Assembly (NCBI GenBank): GCA_016748015.1
Contig: JAAOMT010000512.1
Span: forward strand, 359,806-423,805
Source: Geosiphon pyriformis uo1
Taxonomy: Eukaryota; Fungi; Glomeromycota
Length of the DNA: 64,000 nucleotides
Direction of reading: 5' to 3'
Shown here piece after piece: positions 23,001 to 32,774 of this stretch; positions within the stretch are counted from its first letter, which is position 1; every line of letters starts with the position of its first letter. The position numbers and the translations under genes were made by a program. The notes below the pieces were generated by a model. That model had not been told where the DNA came from. It ran no database searches and worked only from the letters and a program-made list of their open reading frames with translations.

Positions 23001-25676
23001 TATCACTACCTCCATGATGCCGAAATGATTTTCGACCTAGTAATGGCATTAATTAATAGAGCTACCAAAGAAGATGTTCGCCAAATAAAGGAAGCAGAAT
23101 ACATTGAATACACCATAGAATTAGCTGGATTCAATTACAAAGACAAAGTAGAAGTCTACCACCAAATCACAAGTCACACCTACTCAACCCAAGAAGCTCA
23201 AATTCAATGATTAGAGCAAATGAACATTAGGCTATGTGAAGAATGTATTATGCCTTGTGATGAACAGTGGTGTCCTGAATGTTACGCTCTTAGTATTCCC
23301 TTGCTCAGCAAAAATGATGAATACGAAATTGAATTCGGAGAACTTGAAGTGACAGAAAAAATTGAGACAACACCCATCTATCTCATCAAAAATCAGCCTG
23401 CTTTACAACTCAAATATTTCAACAACAATGGACAAGGAATAAAACCAGAAAAAGCCTATAAGATCGATGCTGGATATGATCTAAGATATCCAAGAAAAGA
23501 TACTCTTACTCTCAAACCCAAATCTCTCACAAAAATCAACCTCAAAATTGCCTTCAAAATTCTACCAGGAGCAATGGTTCAAATTGCTTCTCAATCATCC
23601 TTGGCAAGCAAAAGAATCAATGTTAGAGAAAGAATCATCAATGCTGGATACACAGGAGACATCACAGTCATGTTACAAAATGAAACTGATAAACCTTTCA
23701 AAATTGGATATGCTGAAAAAATTGCTCAAGCTATCTATTTACCCTTAATCAACATTTTGGGTTTACAATTAGTTAATCAAAGAGAACAGTTGGGAAAAAG
23801 TGAAAGAGGAACACAAGGTTTTGGTTTAACTGGACGTTTCACAGTTCCAGTAAACATAGTTCTCAATAAACAGAAAGAATCTCACCAGATTCTCAGACTT
23901 CCACAACCGATTACCATCTCACCCTTTGGAGAACATCCAGAAATCTACACCTGCCCAAAGCCAACAACCACACAACAAATTTTTGAGTCCAATGAACAAG
24001 TCTGCTTGGAACATAATATTTCAATCCCAAACATTTATATTCCAGAAGGAACAAAGAAAGTCTGAGTTACTTTTTACAATCCCAACAATTATCCCATAGT
24101 TTTATTAAATAACTTAGAAATTGGAATCATTCACAGTAACATCTTTCAACAAAAATTACCCCAAACAGTCCCCGATTTTTCTGAAATTATTGGACATTCA
24201 CTACCAAAAATTAACCCAAACTCCAGCTCCGAAAACTACCATATTGTTATGGAAAAACTATCTCAAATCAACATGGGACAACTTGAACTACAACAATAAA
24301 ACCAGCTCAAGAAACTAATTGCAGATTTTTCCAATATCTTTGCCGAAAACAACAATGACTTAGGAAGAACCGATTTGGTGCAACACCAAATCTATACAGG
24401 AGATGCCAAACCAAGGCAACAACAAGCCTACCAAGTTGCTCCAGAAAGCTACCAATTTATCTGAAAAGAAATACAATGGATGCTTAACAATAGGCTTATC
24501 CAACCATCAATGAGTCCATGGGCCTCACCAGTGGTCTTAGTTAAAAAGAAGAATGGAAAGATACAATTCTGTGTTGATTATCGACAACTCAACAGTATTA
24601 CCATTGGGGATGCTTACTCTCTTTCGTGAATCAATGACATGTTAGATGCCCTTGGAAAATCTAAATATTTTTCAACATTAAACCTAGAAAGCGGATACTG
24701 GCAAGTTGCCATGGATCCCAAGGACCGCCCCAAAACAGCATTCACAACACAAAGAGGAAACTACAAATTTAATGTAATGCCCTTTGAATTATGCAATGCA
24801 CCAGCAACATTCCAAAGACTCATGGATGTTGTATATACTGGACTTCTTTGAAAATCAGTAGTTGTCTATCTTAATAACACTGATGTTTATTCCTCATCTT
24901 TCGAACTCCATTTAATTCACCTGCAAGAAGTTTTTCAATGATTATGTAGAGCAGGATTAAAACTAAACATTGAAAAATGCTATTTTGGAAAAACAAGTTT
25001 GGTCTTTCTTGGTCACATAGTTAGTGAAGAAGAAGTCAAACTAGATCCAGGAAAAATCAGTGCTGTTAAGAACTTCAAAATTCCACGAAATACTATAGAA
25101 TTAAAAAGATTCATAGGATTAGCATCCTACTATCAGAAGTTTATTAAAGGATTCTTGGAAATTGCAAAACCTCTCAACCAGCTCACCACCAAAAACATGG
25201 AATACAAATGGACTACCGAACACCAAAAAGCTTTTGAAATTCTCAAAGAAAAACTGACAACAGCCCCAATCCTTGCCTACCTGGATTTTAGCAACCGATT
25301 TTGACTAGCTACAGATGCTTCATATACTGCCTTTGGTGCCATCTTATCACAACTAGATGACAATAGAAATGAGCAAGTAATTGCTTATGCTAGCAAAACA
25401 TTAAAACCTGCTGAAAAAAACTACCCTGCCACAGAACTAAAAACAGCAGCCGTAATTTGGGCCCTACACCACTTCAACCTTTATCTCAGGCCTAAAGAAT
25501 TCGATATTATCACTGATAATATTGGACTCAAATGGCTTCAGAACAAAAATACTCAGCTAAATGCAAAACAAACCCAATGGACAGGATTTCTAGCAAATTA
25601 TCGATACATAGTACATTACAAACCAGGAAAACTCCACACCAATGTTGATTGTCTTTCCAGAATGAGACAAGATTAG
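20067..25676 (+). pseudogene. gag-pol: Gag-PR-Cys-rich-dUTPase-RT-RNase H polyprotein of copy C (1870 codons, one frame, many nonsense codons)
   Basis: GTG at 20067; all ORF pieces from 20589 to 24999 share one frame; CHYCGISDHWKKDC, LILDSGSAGS, DAGYDL, RT VVYL(N)(N)T, RH LATDAS; ends CLSRMRQD* at 25676. Confidence 0.95.
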
Positions 25677-25725
25677 AAAATAAAAACCAACACTCAATTT
25701 AACCAACCAAAAGAGCCAACAAACA

Positions 25726-27111
25726 ATGAATTTGGAAAACTACAATGATTTCAAACAATATTTGGAAACATTAACAATTCCAACAGATTGGTCTCCAGAT
25801 AAAAAACATCAACTACAACAACAAGCCAAACAATATTTTCTACACAACAACATTATTTATCACTGAAATTTCAAAAACCCAGACAAACCACTTAGATTAA
25901 TACAAGAACAGGAAAAAGAAACTATATTATACAACATGCACTCAGATCCTTTATTAGCCCACTTTGGAAAAGACAGCACCACCCAAAGAACACTAGAATA
26001 CTACTTTTGGCCTCGAATGAGAAAAGACATTCACGAATATGTCGAATCTTGTGATAGTTGTCAAAGAAAAGAAGGAACTCGCTCTACAGAACCTTTAAAC
26101 CCAATCAAAGTTGGACAGCCTTTTGACAGAGTTGGTATCAATTTAGTCAGACCACTACCTATCACAAACCAAGGAAACTGCTACATTACAGTAGTCATAG
26201 ACTATCTCACCAAATGGCCTGAAGCCAAAGCCATTCAATGGGCAGATGCAAAATCAGTAGCAAACTTCATCTACGAAGACATTATTTGTAGACATGGATG
26301 CCCAATAGAACTTTTATCTAATCAAGGAACACATTTCGTGAACAATTTAATCCAGAAAATGTGTGGATGATTTAATGTTAAGAGACCATTATCTTTACCC
26401 TACTATCCACAAACAAATAAACTTGTAGAACGGTTCAACAGAACATTGTGTGAATCATTAGCCAAAGTTTCAACCGATTTTGAGCAAGAATGGGATTTCT
26501 TTATTCCATCAGTGTTACTAGCATATAGGACACTAAAACAAGATACCACAAAACACACACCATTTGATTTAACTTACAGAAGGACGGCAACATTACCAAT
26601 TAGTTTCATAGTGGAAACATACCCAGTACAACCAATCAATGAAAACAATTTCCAAGAAATGCTTCAATGAAGAGCCTACACTCTACTTAGCACATTGGAA
26701 GGAAAACGACGAATAACAACCACCCATATTGAACACTCCCAAGCTCAACAAAAAGAATAACATGATGACAAATTGCCTCCAGTCACCAATGAATTTAAAA
26801 TTGGAAACAAAGTTCTCTTACACAGAACTAAAGCCGAAAAACAATGGAGTGGAAAATTTGAAAATAAATGGGATAGACCATTCTTTATCCATGAAGTTTT
26901 AGGCAACGGATTATACAAGCTAAGATTTGATGATAAAATTCTAGCAAAAGTTGCACATGGAGATCATTTGAAACACTATCATTCCAGAAACAATCCTGAA
27001 CTATTAATTCCACAAATTGGTACATATTCCCCTTTAATCAATTCCGAAGACATTCCCCGAAATTTAGAACCAATAGTTGTCATTGAACAGCCTCACAACT
27101 TGAACACTTAA
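25726..27111 (+). pseudogene. int: Integrase ORF of copy C (separate frame from pol)
   Basis: ATG 25726 after a 49-nt A/C-rich spacer; HSDPLLAHFG...CDSCQ, DYLTKWPEA, VERFNRTL, KWD(R)PFFIHEV; no chromodomain seen. Confidence 0.92.
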
Positions 27112-27232
27112 TTTAAATTTATTATTATAGTTATCTTCTTATAATTTAGAAACAATCTCACAAAAACAAAACAAAAATAACATAAAAACCCATGCACCAA
27201 AAATAATTTTCTTTTATTTCAAATCGCTTATA

Positions 27233-27952
27233 ATGACTATTCTTCAAAACATTCAACAATTATTCCAAAAACTAATGTTAGCTTTAAAAACAATACCCGA
27301 ATTATCTATTATTGTTACTGAAAACCACATTAATTATATCCAAACAGAAGTAGTTACAAATTTAGTCCCAAATTCACGAAAATATTACCCATATAAAAAG
27401 AACACAAAAAGTTATTCTGGAATTCACCTGCCAAAACTTTTAAAGCTTGCTTTAAGAGAAAACCTAATACTCACTCCGATTAGTATTCCACCAAATGCTA
27501 CAATTCAACAAAGACTTCAACTGTGTCTCAATGAGGAAAACACTGAATATCCTCCAATCTATAGATATTTTTACATTGGAAAAACACTTTACGAATAGAA
27601 ACTGGAACTTACAACAGCAAATCTCACAAAAGAAGCTATTCAGAAACAACTCCACAACAAATTCAAGACAACAGCTGGACCAACAAACAGTCGCTACAAA
27701 CTCAGAGCTGCTCTTAGACTTTATGACCTATTCCACATCTGTGAAAATGTTCTACAAAACCCAATTTTACAACCGTTGAAGATACAATACATTGGAAAGC
27801 TCACAGAACCAAAATTTAAACAATTTTCAAACCAAATTTTTTCAATAATTTTGGATTACTATCTGGAAATTACAGACAGTACTTGGACTTCGACAGAGCT
27901 CAGTCTTGAGAAGGAGGTTATGTTACTAGATAAAATTGGAGATATTATTTAG
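27233..27952 (+). pseudogene. Third ORF of copy C, unknown function (240 codons, one internal TAG at 27596)
   Basis: Frame of 27233 stays open after the single TAG, through the PPT and into the first 32 nt of the 3' LTR; a colinear decayed homologue lies at 32110-32775 (minus). Confidence 0.75.
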
Positions 27953-28872
27953 CATAAAATTATCTTATAATTTCTATCATTAATTAGCATATTATTGTTT
28001 TAAAATTATCACTTATTACATTAGCAAAAATGTCTGAAATTATTATTTAATTAATAACCCAAATTGTACACAATACAAATGTAACCTAATTGCGATGATT
28101 AATCATGCAATATCCTGAACTATGTAACATTCAAAAGTTCGCCAAAATTTATAGAAATTTGCCAAAATATTTAATCATTTGCAGAAATAACTTGTAGTTT
28201 GCCGAAATGTATCTTTAGTTCAGCGAAATTGTAGAAAATAACAAAGTTCAAGTTCATAGAATAGTGTTATGACAAGTTGTATAAAAAAAGAGCTTCTCTC
28301 TTCGAGAAAATGTATCTTATTTTAGATTTATCACTTAGAACCATTTCTACACACACAAAAAGAAATAAATATCAAATAATTCGAAAAACCAAATTTTTAA
28401 ATTATTGCACTTGGAAAATCCTTAAAACCCAACTAACGTTTTGAAATTGATTAGCTACCAATTTCAGTAAACTGTTGGTGATTTCAGGCCTAGATAAAAA
28501 ACGTTTCTCTTGACAAAATTCTATTTCTTTTACATTTCTTTTATTTTTTTTTTCTTATTACAATTATTAGGGCAGCCTACAGATGAGATTTCTGTAGAAG
28601 AGTTGACTTTCACAGCAAAGTAACTACATATTTTAGTGAGCTTCCAGATGAGCAATTCCTGGGAAAGAGTTGACGTTTACTACAACGTAACTACATAAAG
28701 TAACTGGCATGGAATTGGTCATTCCACTTATAAGCCCAGCAGTTCAAATTATAAGAGATAATTTGAAAATAAATTCAGTTACTGGAGGTTCAACTACTTC
28801 CTAAGAATGTAAATTTACAGCAAATCAACATTACCAATATTTAAGAAAAGAGACCAAAAATCTCTGGTAACA
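27921..28872 (+). repeat. 3' LTR (952 bp), chimeric: C-type over most of its length, B-type at the U5 end
   Basis: Matches 9365-10316 up to GGCATGG (28710) but carries B diagnostics CAACTACTTCC and CAAATCAACATT from about 28791. Confidence 0.9.
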
Positions 28873-30876
28873 ACAGTTTAAAAACCTTTGAGCAGATTCA
28901 GGCTGAAAGCAAATTGGCCTTGGTCATTTCTTTTGCAAACTCTGTTGAGATTTTGGGTAGACTGTTTTCTTACTGGTTACACAATCTTTAGGTTCTCTGC
29001 TGGCATCCACTTCATTCTTTACAATACCCAATTTGTGTTAAAATCAACTTTTTGAATAATTTTTTAATAGGTATGATGCATATTTTCTCTGAAAGTAATT
29101 TGTTTTTGGGTGGCTCTCTGATCAGTGCTTTTTGTCATTAAGGTGGAACCTCTATGTCTCTTGTTCTTGGTAAATCAAATTATCTTAGGTTTGTCTTTTC
29201 ACTTTGGCATTATGGAATTGTCTTTGTAAACCAACTATGTGATCAGAATGGAGCTGTTTTTGATTGGAAGATCTTCAAATGATGAAAGTGGTTGAACCCA
29301 CATGGTTTGATTCCCGCTTGGTTTGAGCTTTCTGTTCAGTTTCTTAGTGGTGAATCTTCTTTGTCTGTTTGTTTCTCATTTTTAGACATTTGTGGCCCTT
29401 TAGATGTTCTGCAGTTTCATGAGTTTAGTGTTATTAATAGTGGTTTATTGTGTGCTGGTGTTAATCACCTTTCTGTTTATATGGATAGATCATTGAGTAG
29501 TTTAGGGACTCTTGATATGAAAACTGGAGCTGCTGTTTTCTTTAAGGACATAAGTATGGGTTTAAGTGTAAAAATGTCCAGTTTGATGTCTTCTACCATA
29601 GCAAAATTGCAGGCCATTGCTCTGGCTTTCGAGTGTGTTCCTTTTTCTTGCTCAATTGACTTGTTTTTGGACAGTCAAGCCATTTTGGATGCATACAAGT
29701 CAGAGTTGGAATTGGTTCACCTAGATTTCAGGAATTGTTGTTAAATTAAATGCTGTTACATTGTTAGTGTTATTTGTTGCAAGAATTTAATTGTTAATTG
29801 GCATAAGATTAAAAGTCACTCAGATGTTCCAAGCAATAAATATGCTGATGAGTTGGCCAGAACTGCTGTCCTCTCTAGTTGGCATTTGTCTTATTTAATC
29901 AATGAATGCTATCTTAGAGTCAATAATACAGCTATTTCTAGTAATTCTAGGTATTTTGTTTGGGATGTTTTTTGATCTGTTCATCATATGCATTGGGAAG
30001 TTGGTTCTGGTTCTTAGGTAGTGATGGACCATTTGCATGCAGATATTGACTGGCTTAGGTTATCTCTAGTGTGGTATCCGAACTCTCACATGGCTGCTGG
30101 TTTCACTAGCAAGCAAACTGCTGGCTTCTGGACATATTTTATGAAGGCTCTGCACTATTAGCTTCCTATTGCTGTGTGTAAGCGGCTTTATAATAAAAGT
30201 TACCCTAGTGTAATGTGTTTATTCTGTGATAATGTCAAAGTCTCAGACCACATCTTTTCTTGTTTATTTGACACTGCTGGTTATGCTTAGTTGTTGAACA
30301 CTTATGTGTCTGCTTGGAAAATACACTCCAGTCTGACTCATTCCTTCTCAGGTATCTTGTAGCTGTTGTTTACTTGTGTCTTTGACATTTTGGTCAATAC
30401 TGCTCTATGTAAGGGTTTTATTTTCAAGGATTGGTTTTATGAATCAGTTTCTGTTTTTACAGACTCTAAGATAGTGGGTCAAAATATTGTAGCCTTTGTG
30501 TGTGAGTTTAGTTTTGCATTTTGGAAGGACATTTGGTTGGTTCATGCTAAGCATTAAGTATTTATAGAAAAAAATGAGTTCATTCTGCATGATAGGTTTG
30601 TTTCTCTCTCAATTTCTGGGCTTTTTTCGGTGCTTTTGGCTGGCATGACCAGGTTATTGGGTGTTGCCGAAGCAATTGGTATTGGTTTCGGGTTTTGTAA
30701 GCCTTGTTTGTTTTTTTTAGGTATAGATGATGTGATTTCTGTTCATATAGGTGTTTAGTGTCATTTTGATTGATTTAAGTAACTAGTCATGTGTAGAAAG
30801 TGCATGATTCATATCTAATTTAGATTATTTACATGATGTATTGTGCTAAGCAGTGTTTGGACTTCACTTGTTAAAA
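28873..30876 (+). mobile_element. LINE 3' part (post-RT, RNase H, CCHC-like finger, 3' UTR), degenerate
   Basis: LKTFEQIQAESKLA; RNase H motifs VYMD.SL, AKLQAI, LFLDSQ, HKIKSH, NKYADELA; CLFC..H..SC near 30215; 3' end GGACTTCACTTGTTAAA shared with the LINE at 32775. Confidence 0.9.
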
Positions 30877-30877
30877 A

Positions 30878-30903
30878 ATATATATATATATATATATATA
30901 TAT
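30878..30903. repeat. (TA)n microsatellite at the LINE 3' end
   Basis: Direct reading. Confidence 0.9.
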
Positions 30904-30904
30904 T

Positions 30905-31275
30905 ATTTAAACTTAAGATATAATTTTTTTATTGTTAAAACAGTTGGCTTTAGTTTTTATATAATGCTAAAACGTAATTTTAATAAAGATAAGTTAAGAA
31001 AAAATGCTAGTTTTAGAAAATGTTTTGATTTGGATTTGCTAAACTTTTAATTTAAAAATTTTTTTGTTAAGTTTTTTACTTAAAACAATTTAAAAAGTAT
31101 GAATAAAATTATTAATTATATTTTTGTTAATAATTATTTTCTGTTAGCAGTCATCAATTATAATGTTTCTAATATATGTGAGTTTTTTAATACTAATTAC
31201 AAAGCTGTATTAGTTTTTTTAGGTTGGATAGTTTTTTGAATATTCATCTAAATATTATATATAAGCAGACTAATT
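30905..31275 (+). mobile_element. Decayed LINE AP-endonuclease fragment
   Basis: NFFIVKTV...NFNKD...ASFRKCFDLDLLNF resembles NSLIVKAV...NFNKD...ASFRKCLNLSLVNF at 37030-37428. Confidence 0.7.
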
Positions 31276-31280
31276 CTTAA

Positions 31281-32774
31281 TTATTAGAAGTTATTAAATT
31301 TTTAATAATTAAATTTATTTTCAAATTATCTTTTATAATTTAAATTACTGAATTTATAAATATAATAACTAATTCTATATTAATTATTTATATAGTTATT
31401 TTATAGTAAAAGTTAACTTTTTTCTAAAAAATACTTATCTAAAAACTTACTAAAAATGTGTAGTTATTTTATTATAAAAATCAACTTTTTTACAAAAATC
31501 TTGTTTGTAAACTACCTAATATGTATTTAAAAAAATAAAAAAAATGTAAAAAAAAATTTGTTTTAGAAAAATTGTTTTCTGTCCAGGTCTAAAGTTACTA
31601 ATAAATTACTAAAATTAATAATTAATTAATTTCAAGCAAAATAATTATAAATTTGTTGTTTTTAATGTTGTTTTTATTAAAATAATTTGTATAGATATTA
31701 AAAAAAATATTTCTAATAAAAATAGTTTTAGTTAAAATATTTTTTTTTAAAGAAAAATACTTTTTTTTTATATAACTTGTTGTATACTAGTCTATAAATT
31801 TGCAATTTTTTTTTGCTATTATTTTGCCAAATTAAAAATATATTTTAGTAAACTATTATTTTTACAAATTATTTTAGCAAATTTTTACAAATTTTGACAA
31901 ATTCTTAAATATTACATAGTTCAAAATATTATGTAATTTAATTATAATAATTTGTATATTATATAAATTAGATTATTAATTAGATAGTAATTTTATTAAT
32001 TTAACTAAATAATAAGTAATAATAACTAATAATAATAAATGATAATTAATGATAAAAATTATTAAGATAATTTTATGTTAAATAATAACTCAAATTTTTA
32101 TTAGTAACATAATTTCTTTCTCAAAACTGAGTTCTATTAAAGTTCAAATACTATTTATAATTTTTAGATAATAGTTTAAAATTATTGATGTAATTTGTTC
32201 TAAAAATTGTTGAAATTTCAGTTCTGTAAGCTTTTTAATATATTAAATCTTTAATAGTTAAAATATTAAATTTTGTAGAATATTTTTACAAGTATTAAAT
32301 AATTTATAGAGTTTAAAAGCTGCTTTAAGTTTATAATAAATATTTATAGATCCAGTCATTGTTTTAAATTCATTGTAAATTTGTTTTTGTATTATTTTAG
32401 AAGTAAAATTTGTTGCTTTAAGCTCTAATTTTTGTTTGTAAAGTGTTTTTTCAATATAAAAATATCAATAAATAAAAATATGATTATTGTTTTGTTTATT
32501 AAGACACAGTTAAAGTTTTTATTAAATTGTAATATTTGGTAAAATATTAATAAAAATAAATAAAACATTTTTTTTAAAGTTTGTTTTAAAATTTCTAATA
32601 GATAATTTTCAAAATAACTTTTTGTATTTTTTTTATAAAGATAATAGCTTTGTGATTTGTTTACTATTAAAATTATAGTTTTTTTCTAATTATAATTAAT
32701 TTGACTTTTATTAATTATTATAAATAAATTAGAAAATGTTTTTAATATTACTATTAATTTTTTTATTATTAACA
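31281..32774 (-). mobile_element. Heavily AT-shifted Gypsy relic E (third-ORF region 32774-32120, PPT, 3' LTR 32109-~31281) of the A/B/C family
   Basis: Reverse complement of 32101-32230 aligns without gaps to about 27800-27929; LTR motifs remain recognisable after G>A/C>T conversion. Confidence 0.85.

Larger units (their letters stand above)
9365..28872 (+). mobile_element. Ty3/Gypsy copy C, structurally complete (LTR 9365-10316; internal region 20040-27920; LTR 27921-28872), carrying copy D
   Basis: Two 952-bp LTRs, PBS at 10319, PPT GAGAAGGAGG at 27908-27917, full gag-pol, integrase and a 3' ORF. Confidence 0.95.

Noticed and set aside
4479-27111. Frequent in-frame stops as evidence of an alternative genetic code or programmed readthrough
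   Set aside because: Stops fall at different positions in each copy and are single transitions from CAA/CAG/CGA/TGG; host genes use the standard code.
26773-27111. Chromodomain at the integrase C-terminus
   Set aside because: Only a GPY/F module and a short Pro-rich tail are present; no chromodomain aromatic-cage pattern.
250-27779. Numerous short antisense and off-frame ORFs within the LTR elements
   Set aside because: Shadows of the A-rich gag-pol strand; similarity among copies follows from nucleotide homology only.
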